Assembly (NCBI GenBank): GCA_051117555.1
Contig: JBNPEG010000253.1
Coordinates: forward strand, 1-26,030
Length of the DNA stretch: 26,030 bases
DNA from: Elainellaceae cyanobacterium
GTDB lineage: Bacteria > Cyanobacteriota > Cyanobacteriia > CAZCXK01
Reading direction: 5' to 3'
In this document: positions 7,229-15,733 of the stretch, piece by piece
Numbering within the stretch: position 1 is the first letter of the stretch
Layout: each line of letters starts with the position of its first letter
Position numbers and translations under genes: made by a program
Notes under the pieces: generated by a model
The model's input: only the letters and a program-made list of their open reading frames with translations
What the model was told of the DNA's origin: nothing
Databases searched by the model: none

Positions 7229-9937
7229 TCATTTAGAGCTCGATTGAATGAAAATGACCACTTGACCTATCAGTAACGGAATCAAACTGGCTGCCAAGAT
7301 GAGTCCCCAGCCTTGCAATCCTGGATCGGTTAGTTGCAAGACCATGGCAAGCGGCGAGAAATATACGGCAAAGAGAAGCAGCCCAGTACACAGCAGCAAT
7401 GCGCCCCAGATATAGGGATTTTTTGTAATCTCATTGCGAAACAGATTCGAGCCGCGATCGCGCATATTAAAGACGTGCCACAATCTTCCAAATGCAATCG
7501 AAAGAAATGAGATCGTGACCGCGCGGTCTTGGGGAATATCGAGCACGTCGAGGCATAGTGCAAAGATGCTGAGCACCGCACCTGCAATCAGAAATCCATA
7601 TCCCCCAATTGCCCACCAGTGACGATTAGCTAGGACAGGTTCTTTAGGATCTCGCGGCGGTTGCTTCATGAGCACCGGATTGCCTTCTCCAACTCCCAAC
7701 GCCAACGCCGGAAACACATCATTGACCGCATTGATAAACAAAATCTGCAAGGGCAACAGAGGGAGCGGGCTGTTGGTGAGCGATGCGGCACCGACTGCAA
7801 TGATTTCGCCCATGTTGCCAGAGAGTAAGTAGATCGTAAATTTTCGAATATTACGAAAGATGGCTCGCCCTTGTTCGACCGCCGCCACGATGGTAGAAAA
7901 GGCATCATCTTGAAGCACCATATCTGATGCTTCCTTGGCAACCTGAGTGCCTCGTTGTCCCATGGCGATGCCAATATCAGCCTTTTTAAGAGCAGGCGCA
8001 TCATTAACTCCATCGCCTGTCATTGCTACAATCGATCCATCATTTTGATGAATTGCAATCAAATTGAGCTTTTCTTCGGGGCTGACCCGCGCAAAAATGG
8101 GCACCTGTTGCAGCCGACGATAGGTATCCTTTGACAAATCATTTAGAGGCTTTAACTCACTACCCTGCACGGCTTGAGCCTCTTGCTCACCGACCAACCC
8201 CACGGCCAATCCGATATTGCGAGCCGTAATCGGCTGATCGCCAGTCACCATAATCACGCGAACCCCCGCCTGATGACAGGCCGCGATCGCCTCTCTCACA
8301 TCGTCACGGGGTGGATCTTCTAACCCAACCACTCCCAGAAGCGTTAGGTTTTCATAAGGATCGGCCTCATCATCTTCAATGTCCTTCATGGCGATCGCCA
8401 GAATCCGTAATCCTGCTTCCGCCATTTGAGTACATCGGTCGTGCCATGTTTGACGGGCGTGATCGTCCATATCGGCTGTTCCATCCGATGTGAATCGTTG
8501 GGTACAAATGGGCAAGACCGATTCGGGGGCACCCTTCACCGCAAACCGATAGTGCTGATCATCGAGTTGATGAACGGTTGTCATCATTTTCAAATCGGGG
8601 TCAAATGCCACCTCACGGACTTCGGGCATATCTTGAAGCAAGTCATCTCGACGAAACCCTGCTTTGGCACCGGAGACTAGTAGTGCAACTTCCATAGGAT
8701 CGCCAATCGGCTGGTTCTTTCCGTTGTCGGTTGAGGTGCCATTTGGAAGAACCGCATTATTGCAAAGCACACCCACTTGAAGGGCTAACGGCAAGACCTT
8801 CTCTGATGAGGGGTCGAGTGGATCTCCATGGCTTAAAAATTTTCCAGATGTTTCGAGGGCTTCCCCAGTGATGTCAATGTCGTCAGATTCTAAGGCTATC
8901 TGAGTGACGGTCATCCGATTTTCGGTGAGGGTTCCTGTTTTATCGGTGCAAATGATGGTGGTTGCGCCTAAGGTTTCAACGGCTGATAGTTGATTAATTA
9001 ACGCATTGCGGTTTGCCATTCGCCACATGCCCCGCGCTAATGCCACGGTTGCAACAATGGGTAATCCCTCCGGAACGGCTGCTACCGATAGGGCGATCGC
9101 CGTCTCAATCATGAGAAAGAGTTCTTTGCCGCCGATAATGCCTGCAACGGCCACTACGGCAGCGATCGCCAGAGTGACCCAAATCAACCGCCGACCCAAC
9201 TGATCCAAGCGCTTTTCGAGGGGCGTAATTTCTTCTTCGGCCTCTGCGGTCATGGATGAAATGTGTCCCAACTCCGTATCCATGCCGGTCGCTATCGCGA
9301 CGCCCTCTCCCGATCCTCGCGTGACGAAGGTGCCCTTAAACAGCGTATTCGTTCGCTCTGCAAGCGGCAGGTCGTCATCGATGGGCTCAACCTGCTTGCT
9401 CACCGGCACTGATTCGCCTGTTAGCGCTGATTCATCTGCTTGAAGCTTTGACGTTTCGATAAGCCGCAAATCCGCCGGAATCAGATCGCCGCCTTCAAAG
9501 ACGACAAGATCTCCTGGAACGAGCTCGTCCGCTGGAATGACTTGAATCTCTCCGTCTCGTCGAACTTTTGCTTGGGTGCGGCTCAATTGCTTGAGCGCCT
9601 TCATCGACCGGACAGCCCGCATTTCGGTAAAAAAGCCAATCCCAGCATTCAACAAAATAGCAACCATAATTGCAACGCCTTCAATCCATTCTTGAAACAG
9701 AAATGAAAGCACGGCTGCGATCGCCAACAAGCCAATAATAGGACTCTTAAATTGATCAATTAGAATTTCCCGCGCGCTCCGCTGTTTAGCCTCTTGCAGG
9801 CGATTTGGCCCATATTTCTCCCTGCGAGTTTGAACCTCAGTTGGGTCAAGTCCATTTTCGGAGGAGACATCAAACGCTTTGAGAACCTCGTCAACGGTCT
9901 GGGAGGTTACATGGGTAGGAAGATCGCCTTGCTTCAC
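7229..9937 (-). CDS. P-type cation-transporting ATPase, P2A (Ca2+/PacL-like)
   Basis: DESALTGES, PEGL, DKTGTLT, KGAPE, DPPR, TGD and GDGVNDAPALKKADIG motifs; M5 SGNMGE. Confidence 0.95.
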   Translation of the reverse strand: MKQGDLPTHVTSQTVDEVLKAFDVSSENGLDPTEVQTRREKYGPNRLQEAKQRSAREILIDQFKSPIIGLLAIAAVLSFLFQEWIEGVAIMVAILLNAGIGFFTEMRAVRSMKALKQLSRTQAKVRRDGEIQVIPADELVPGDLVVFEGGDLIPADLRLIETSKLQADESALTGESVPVSKQVEPIDDDLPLAERTNTLFKGTFVTRGSGEGVAIATGMDTELGHISSMTAEAEEEITPLEKRLDQLGRRLIWVTLAIAAVVAVAGIIGGKELFLMIETAIALSVAAVPEGLPIVATVALARGMWRMANRNALINQLSAVETLGATTIICTDKTGTLTENRMTVTQIALESDDIDITGEALETSGKFLSHGDPLDPSSEKVLPLALQVGVLCNNAVLPNGTSTDNGKNQPIGDPMEVALLVSGAKAGFRRDDLLQDMPEVREVAFDPDLKMMTTVHQLDDQHYRFAVKGAPESVLPICTQRFTSDGTADMDDHARQTWHDRCTQMAEAGLRILAIAMKDIEDDEADPYENLTLLGVVGLEDPPRDDVREAIAACHQAGVRVIMVTGDQPITARNIGLAVGLVGEQEAQAVQGSELKPLNDLSKDTYRRLQQVPIFARVSPEEKLNLIAIHQNDGSIVAMTGDGVNDAPALKKADIGIAMGQRGTQVAKEASDMVLQDDAFSTIVAAVEQGRAIFRNIRKFTIYLLSGNMGEIIAVGAASLTNSPLPLLPLQILFINAVNDVFPALALGVGEGNPVLMKQPPRDPKEPVLANRHWWAIGGYGFLIAGAVLSIFALCLDVLDIPQDRAVTISFLSIAFGRLWHVFNMRDRGSNLFRNEITKNPYIWGALLLCTGLLLFAVYFSPLAMVLQLTDPGLQGWGLILAASLIPLLIGQVVIFIQSSSK

Positions 9938-10071
9938 GCTGATTTGCCTATAAACTGCTCAACATAACCCACCGGCGCGTCAAACCGCCGGATCGATGCT
10001 CTCACGCTACGCGAATAGGTTTCGTTTACGCATCTATCAGCTTGCAGATTTATGGCATACCAGTATGTCTA

Positions 10072-10179
10072 ATACCAATTCTCGATTTTGGATTTTGGAT
10101 TTTAGATTGGCGGACATACGCTCTGAAAGGAGTCTGGCCGTCAATCTAAAATCGCAAATCCAAAATCAAAAATTGATAT
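10072..10179. repeat. MITE-like inverted repeat built from GATTTTG/CAAAATC heptamers
   Basis: 42-bp arms (10072-10113 and 10138-10179), 36/42 complementary, 24-bp loop. Confidence 0.8.
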
Positions 10180-10214
10180 AAACTGCCATTGCACGCGTTC
10201 AGCACCGCCCAATT

Positions 10215-10649
10215 ATGACACCGAACTCTGACTTATTCGAGCCGCTTAGTTGGTTACAGATCACCCTACGTTTGTCATGTGCCCTGATTGCAGGAGCCAT
10301 CATCGGAGCTGAACGAGAAGCCAAACATAAGCCTGCTGGGTTGCGAACCAACATGCTCGTGAGTTTTGGCTCGGCCTTATTTGTGCTAGTACCCATCGAA
10401 ACAGGAATGGCACGTGCCAGCGTCGACGCGCTCAGTCGCGCAATTCAGGGCATTATTACGGGCGTCGGCTTTGTCGGAGCGGGTACTATTTTGCGAGACA
10501 AACGGATTCGCGGACTGACTTCTGCGACTGCAACATGGGTATCTGCTGCGCTCGGCATTGCAACGGGGTGCGGTCTTTGGCAGCTTGGTCTAATCAGCGC
10601 GGCGATCGCCTGGATCATTCTCAGAGTGCTTGAAAAGGTTGAGTCTTAA
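10215..10649 (+). CDS. mgtC: MgtC/SapB-family membrane protein (short form)
   Basis: IGAERE..KPAGLRT, IITGVGFVGAGTI and GLTSATATW motifs. Confidence 0.9.
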   Translation: MTPNSDLFEPLSWLQITLRLSCALIAGAIIGAEREAKHKPAGLRTNMLVSFGSALFVLVPIETGMARASVDALSRAIQGIITGVGFVGAGTILRDKRIRGLTSATATWVSAALGIATGCGLWQLGLISAAIAWIILRVLEKVES

Positions 10650-10990
10650 TATTCTAAAAGCATTGTGTCAAATGAGGAACCGTGGATCGCCTGAGATGAC
10701 CGTTCGGGTTGAGGGTTAGGGTTAGGGTTAGGGTTAGGTGACGTTGTTTCATTCTCGCGCATCTGCCGGATTTGCCCGTCTACCCGAGCCACCTGGTTCT
10801 CAATGACTGCCAATCGCTGGATAATATGCTGCTGACGTTCTTCGATGCTGTGCAACTCGTTTTGAAGACGTTTTTTCTCAACCACGAGCTTATGCATATC
10901 AAGCAGGGCGGCTGCCTCTGACTGTTGACGAGGCATAGTGCTGATTTTGGGGCGGGCAATATTTTTGGCACGGTGCATAGGAGGGCTCAC
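10646..10990 (-). CDS. gvpV: GvpV-like coiled-coil protein (gas vesicle accessory)
   Basis: PKISTMPRQ.SEA..LD..KLVVEKKRLQ.EL and C-terminal F.T..LEY match my recollection of cyanobacterial GvpV. Confidence 0.6.
   Translation of the reverse strand: MSPPMHRAKNIARPKISTMPRQQSEAAALLDMHKLVVEKKRLQNELHSIEERQQHIIQRLAVIENQVARVDGQIRQMRENETTSPNPNPNPNPQPERSSQAIHGSSFDTMLLEY
10706..10738 (+). repeat. (GGGTTA)n hexamer tract encoding the (PN)n linker of the GvpV-like protein
   Basis: AGGGTTAGGGTTAGGGTTAGGG at 10712-10733. Confidence 0.9.
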
Positions 10991-11038
10991 TATAATTTCG
11001 TGTTCAGAATGCCCACAATTGCTCTTAGAATTAATGTG

Positions 11039-11345
11039 GCTGCCTAAAAAAATGTTTTAGGGGGCAGCGGTTATAGACGCTTGCGGCTTCTCGAAGAGTA
11101 AACCGCGACTATACAAACAAAGTACGCATTCGCGGACGCCGACGCGGACTCCGGAAAAACCAAAGGTCTTGGAACCTGCGTTTCACAAGCGACATGTAAT
11201 GCGTTCGCGTAGCGTCACGAAGGAAGGCATCTTTGTCAAGAGAATTTTAGTCGCTTAGCTTTGCGGGGTGGTGCATTACGGCTACGCCCAACAGCATCCT
11301 ATTGTCATGACACTACAGCACCGTTTATTGATGTCTACCTACTGA
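11039..11345. repeat. Cluster of decayed cyanobacterial intergenic repeats (REP/SDR-like)
   Basis: GCGGTT..AACCGC arms around a short hairpin insert (11067-11106); CTATACAAACAAAGT..CGCGGACT; GCG-TTCGCGTAGCGTCACGAAGGA (11201-11224). Confidence 0.5.
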
Positions 11346-11463
11346 TGAATGAGTAGAAGACCCCGCAATCTCTAAAAAAATATTTCTCCAAATGTTTTGG
11401 AACTTCGTCTCTACGACTACAATACCTCGACCAACCGTCATCCAAAATAAGAGTTTAAGAGTT

Positions 11464-11499
11464 TTTATCGCTCTATTTATCGCCTTATTTATCACCCTA
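11464..11499 (+). repeat. Three 12-bp direct repeats TTTATCRCYYTA
   Basis: TTTATCGCTCTA TTTATCGCCTTA TTTATCACCCTA, ending 9 bp before the ATG at 11509. Confidence 0.75.
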
Positions 11500-11508
11500 A
11501 ATTGCTAG

Positions 11509-13257
11509 ATGATAGACGTCCATTCGACTGCTATGCCGCCTGATCCCTCGGATGTAAAGCCACGCATCATTGTGTGTGGGCTAGGTCGTACGGGGTATAA
11601 AGTCTTTTGCCTGCTCAAGCAGCAAAGGGCACGAGTGGCCGGTATTCATGATTGCTCGCTCCAAGCCCATCAGGCTCACCATGCGGGCGATGTTGTCATC
11701 GGTGATTTGAGATCGGCAGATACGCTGATTGCTGCTGGCGTGAAAGATGCTCAAGTTTTGGTTTTGGCGGCTGGGGATGATGCGCTGAATTTAGCGATTC
11801 TGACGCTGGCACGCGTGCTCAATGCAAAGATTCGCATCGTCAACCGATTGTTTAACACCAGTTTGGGCGATCGCCTCGATCAAACCCTGTCCGACCACGT
11901 TTCAATGAGCGTCGCTGGCTTGGCTGCTCCCGTATTCACCTTTGCAGCATTGGGCAATCGGGCGATCGGGCAACTCCGGCTCGCAAACCTCACCTGGCCT
12001 ATCCATGAAGAACTCATTGACGAATATCATCCGTGGTGTGGTCGATCCCTGCGAGATTTATGGGACGACCAGGAGCGGATGCTGATCTACTATCTGCCTG
12101 CGACAGATCGGATTGATCTAATTTCTGCAATCGAAACGGGGCAGTGCTTGCAACGAAGCGATCGCCTAATCATAGCCACTAAGCCGAACGTGCGTGCAGT
12201 ACCGCGAAATTTGGTGCATCGGCTTCGTACTGTTTGGGGCAGTCTCAACCACGTCCAGCAACGTATCCGCCCTACCCTCGTGGTGCTGGGTGCGCTGGTC
12301 GCTACCATCCTGGTGGCCACGCTGACCTACACGATGGTAAATTCGCAGTATTCGATTGTTGATGCCCTCTACTTTTCTGTGGGCATGATCACCGGAGCTG
12401 GAGGTAATGAAGGCGTCGCAGAACAGGCTCCAGCCGATATCAAGGTCTTCACCGTGATCATGATGTTGGTTGGCACCGGCGTCATTGGTATTTGCTATGC
12501 CTTACTCAATGACTTAATTTTGGGCACTCGATTTCGTCGATTGTTCAGTACCGCTCAGATTCCACGAGGGCATCACCATATTGTGTGCGGGTTGGGCGGG
12601 GTTGGTATGCAAGTGGTCAGTCATCTCCACGCAAATGGAGGCGATCTAGTTGTGTTAGAAAATGACCCCAATAATCGGTTTCTAAACGTCGCGCGATCGC
12701 TCAAAGTGCCTGTCCTGCATGGAGATGCTAGCCTCTCCGCAACCCTTGAAGCCGCTAAGATTCATCAAGCAGATGCGTTGCTTGCCGTCACCAGCGACGA
12801 TGTGGCGAATCTTGAAATTGCCCTCAGTGCGAAGGGCTTAGCCCCGAAACTACCGGTCATTGTTAGAACGCAAGATCCTGAATTTGCGGCACTGACAGAG
12901 CAAGTATTTGACTTTGAAGCGGTATTGAGCCCAGCAGATTTAGCGGCTCCGTCGTTTGCAGCAGCGGCGCTGGGCGGACGCATTCTTGGCAATGGCATGA
13001 CCGCCGGAATTTTGTGGGTTGCACTGGCAACACTGATTACACCCGGACATCCCTTTTGTGGGCAACGAGTCAAACAGGCTGCCATGCAGGCTGATTTTGT
13101 CCCGCTTTATATCGAGACTGGGCATCAAACTATTCACGGATGGGATTTGTTAGAACTCAGTCTGAGTGCGGGAGATGTGCTGTATCTGACGATGCCAGCC
13201 ACCCATTTAGAGCAGTTATGGCGCGTTCATTCTAGCGAAATTGGCATCATTCGATAG
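11509..13257 (+). CDS. TrkA/RCK-domain potassium-channel-family protein (RCK - 2TM pore - RCK)
   Basis: Two Rossmann motifs (IIVCGLGRTG; IVCGLGGVG); pore region DALYFSVGMITGAGG between two TM helices. Confidence 0.88.
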   Translation: MIDVHSTAMPPDPSDVKPRIIVCGLGRTGYKVFCLLKQQRARVAGIHDCSLQAHQAHHAGDVVIGDLRSADTLIAAGVKDAQVLVLAAGDDALNLAILTLARVLNAKIRIVNRLFNTSLGDRLDQTLSDHVSMSVAGLAAPVFTFAALGNRAIGQLRLANLTWPIHEELIDEYHPWCGRSLRDLWDDQERMLIYYLPATDRIDLISAIETGQCLQRSDRLIIATKPNVRAVPRNLVHRLRTVWGSLNHVQQRIRPTLVVLGALVATILVATLTYTMVNSQYSIVDALYFSVGMITGAGGNEGVAEQAPADIKVFTVIMMLVGTGVIGICYALLNDLILGTRFRRLFSTAQIPRGHHHIVCGLGGVGMQVVSHLHANGGDLVVLENDPNNRFLNVARSLKVPVLHGDASLSATLEAAKIHQADALLAVTSDDVANLEIALSAKGLAPKLPVIVRTQDPEFAALTEQVFDFEAVLSPADLAAPSFAAAALGGRILGNGMTAGILWVALATLITPGHPFCGQRVKQAAMQADFVPLYIETGHQTIHGWDLLELSLSAGDVLYLTMPATHLEQLWRVHSSEIGIIR

Positions 13258-13619
13258 GCGATGGGCAATTTTAGAACGTTCGTTTAATTTTGTAACGCAA
13301 AGATTTAAAAAAACAAATTTAAACTACTAAAATTAGAGTAATCATTAAAGCTGCACCCAAAAGAGTGCAACTGAGTCCATTTTGAGAATTCTCTACAACG
13401 ACCTTGCTGGGCGATCGCCAATCTCAGCACCATAACCCAGCCCATTATCACCCTACAATGTGTCACGTTTTGACGTTCAATTCTTGATGTTCAATTTTGA
13501 GTTGAACAGGTGTCAGGTTGATGTGAATTAAGTAGGGCTTCTTTGAATTTGCTTTGAGTCAATTGAATAGTTGTGCATTCCCCTTCACTCGCACGGTTTA
13601 AAAATAGGAGTTTTAAACA

Positions 13620-14195
13620 ATGTTTAAACCACAAAATTACTTACACTCGACTGGCCGCATGGTAGCGGCTAGTGCTGCAACCCTAGGAATTGCAACCGTG
13701 TTCTTAGCTCCCTCCGCTTTGGCAGGTCGCATTGGAAACAGAGTGTATTTTGATAGCGCGCCCCGCTTAACTCGAAGTGTCGCAACGAATCGTGGTCCAA
13801 GTAGACAGTCGACTTATCAGTTTACGATTTACCTGCCAGACAATGCGGGTGAACCGTTAGAAGCCGTTCGGTTTACGCCGAGAGATCATCTGGAAGACAT
13901 TGCGCTAGAGGTCGACGAAAGTAGCGCATTTGAGGGCGATACTTTAGCAGGAGGACCTAATCTTCCTCTCTCTAGCATTGGTGGAACGCCAGAGGTTTCT
14001 GGGGAAGTTACCGTCGTGTTTGATCCGCCCGTCTCTCCAGGACGTTCAGTAACGGTTGAGCTTGAAACTGAACACAACCCCGGTCGAGGTGGTGTCTATC
14101 TGTATGGGGTAACTGCCTATCCTGATGGTGGAGAATTGGCTGAAGGAATATTCCTGGGCTATGGTCGTCTTCACTTCTTTGATGATGAACAGTAA
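13620..14195 (+). CDS. DUF2808-domain secreted protein
   Basis: Signal peptide ending ALA; YF..APRL, YQFTI.LP.NAGEPL, VVFDPPVSPG, NP..GGVYLYGVTAYP and FLGYGRL motifs; AGGAG RBS. Confidence 0.85.
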   Translation: MFKPQNYLHSTGRMVAASAATLGIATVFLAPSALAGRIGNRVYFDSAPRLTRSVATNRGPSRQSTYQFTIYLPDNAGEPLEAVRFTPRDHLEDIALEVDESSAFEGDTLAGGPNLPLSSIGGTPEVSGEVTVVFDPPVSPGRSVTVELETEHNPGRGGVYLYGVTAYPDGGELAEGIFLGYGRLHFFDDEQ

Positions 14196-14227
14196 ATTCT
14201 GATGTTGCAACTCGGAATTTTCTAGTG

Positions 14228-14289
14228 ATGCAATAGGGGCGATCGCCTTTTCAGCCCTTTCTTCTGGCGATCGCCCCTATTGCATTTTT
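14228..14289 (+). terminator. Perfect 20-bp-arm hairpin with HIP1 in each arm, followed by a T-run
   Basis: ATGCAATAGGGGCGATCGCC-N18-GGCGATCGCCCCTATTGCAT-TTTT, 32 bp after the DUF2808 stop. Confidence 0.6.
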
Positions 14290-14345
14290 GATAATTTCAT
14301 TATCGCATTACATTATCCTGTGCAACGGCATATCGTTTACTTGCC

Positions 14346-14531
14346 ATGCTCTCTAAGACAAACATTCAAGAGATTGCCAATAAAGTCGCTGAGTGCTTTA
14401 GCCCAGAGAAAATTATCCTCTTTGGCAGCTATGCTCGTGGCGATGTGCACGACAACAGTGACCTCGATCTTCTGGTTGTGATGAACTCAGAGTCTCCTCT
14501 GGGTAAACGCAGTGCCCCAATTATTGGTTGA
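14346..14531 (+). pseudogene. Truncated minimal nucleotidyltransferase (MNT antitoxin-type)
   Basis: PEKIILFGSYARG..SDLDLLVV motif; only 61 aa, lacking the strand with the third acidic residue; no HEPN partner. Confidence 0.75.
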
Positions 14532-14572
14532 AACAAATTTCTGAGGATGGATGCTGAATTCGACGGGCGATT

Positions 14573-15706
14573 TCATTTAAGTTGCTTGCGGAATTGTGTC
14601 ACGCTGACAGTCAGTAACAGCGTAGCCATCACTGCTAGCGCACCAGCATTTACCCACAGAATATCCAAGCCTGCGCCTCTCAAGAGAAGGCCGCGAGATA
14701 TTTCGATGAAGTGGCGCAGCGGATTGAACAGGGAGATGTACTTAAACACTGTTGGCATACTTTCGATGGGTGAAATCGCGCCGGACAAAATAATCAAAGG
14801 CAGGTTAATAAAAAATGCAGAAAGAATGACCTGCTGCTGACTTTTAGCGAGCGTCGCTAGCATCATGCCAAACCCAATCGTGACAAAGACGTAAAGCCCT
14901 GACAACGCTAAATAGAGCAGTAAATTTCCTGCAATGGGTAAATCAAACACGATTCGACTGATGCTGAGCGCTAACACAACGACTCCCATGAGCACTCCAA
15001 ACAGCGGGATGATTTTTGCGAGTGCAATCTCCCAGCTATCGGCAGGCGTCATCAGCAACTGCTCTAGCGTGCCACTATCTTTCTCTCGAATCACCGTTGT
15101 GGATGAAACCAAGACTCCAGTGAGAGTAATCGCCGCTCCAATCACGCCTGGAGCAAAAAACCAACTACTGATTAGACCAGGATTAAAGAAAAAAATGCTC
15201 TGTGATTCAACCAGGGGTGGAGACGGTTGCGTCTCCAAACTTTGACTAAATCGCCTAACGATTTGAGTGACATACCCTCTCGCGATCCCAGCGGTGTTAG
15301 CATCAACCCCATCAATCACAACCTGAACCGTTGCGCGATCGCCTTGCGCGAGATCGCGGTCAAAATCAGGAGGAATCACTAATCCTGCCGTTAGTTTTCC
15401 AAGCTGCACCTGTTCTGTTAGCTCCTTCTGATCGAGGAAATACTGGTTTGCTACAAACACATCATTAGCCGTGAAAGTCGCAACTAACTCGCGGCTTTCG
15501 ATGGTATGCGCATAGTCCACGATGCCTAGATTGATGTGGGTCACTTGGGGGTCAAGGGCAAAGCCAAAGACAATTAGTTGAACCGTGGGTGGAAAAATGA
15601 GCAGAAATAGGAGTTGCTTATTTCGCAGAATTTGATTAATTTCCTTGGCGATCAGCGACCAGAGACGACTACTCAGCACCCCTTCCAATTGTTTCAGCAT
15701 AGTCAT
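14573..15706 (-). CDS. ABC-2 transporter permease (YbhR-like)
   Basis: LIAKEINQILR, DGVDANTA, REKDSGTLEQLLMTP and LSGAISPIESMP motifs. Confidence 0.92.
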   Translation of the reverse strand: MTMLKQLEGVLSSRLWSLIAKEINQILRNKQLLFLLIFPPTVQLIVFGFALDPQVTHINLGIVDYAHTIESRELVATFTANDVFVANQYFLDQKELTEQVQLGKLTAGLVIPPDFDRDLAQGDRATVQVVIDGVDANTAGIARGYVTQIVRRFSQSLETQPSPPLVESQSIFFFNPGLISSWFFAPGVIGAAITLTGVLVSSTTVIREKDSGTLEQLLMTPADSWEIALAKIIPLFGVLMGVVVLALSISRIVFDLPIAGNLLLYLALSGLYVFVTIGFGMMLATLAKSQQQVILSAFFINLPLIILSGAISPIESMPTVFKYISLFNPLRHFIEISRGLLLRGAGLDILWVNAGALAVMATLLLTVSVTQFRKQLK

Positions 15707-15733
15707 AACCTACTACCCATTAAAAACCACCAC

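Noticed and set aside
9938..10214. Metal-sensing riboswitch (yybP-ykoY or M-box) ahead of the P-type ATPase or mgtC; also ORF 9996..10181
   Set aside because: No conserved riboswitch motifs seen; the structure is explained by the heptamer inverted repeat, and the ORF is just its translation
13470..13507. TTGAYGTTCAATT direct repeat (period 14) upstream of DUF2808
   Set aside because: Only two good copies in AT-rich DNA; cannot be assigned a role
14290..14304. Fur/Zur box
   Set aside because: Half-sites are separated by 3 nt rather than the 7-1-7 arrangement, and no metal-uptake gene follows
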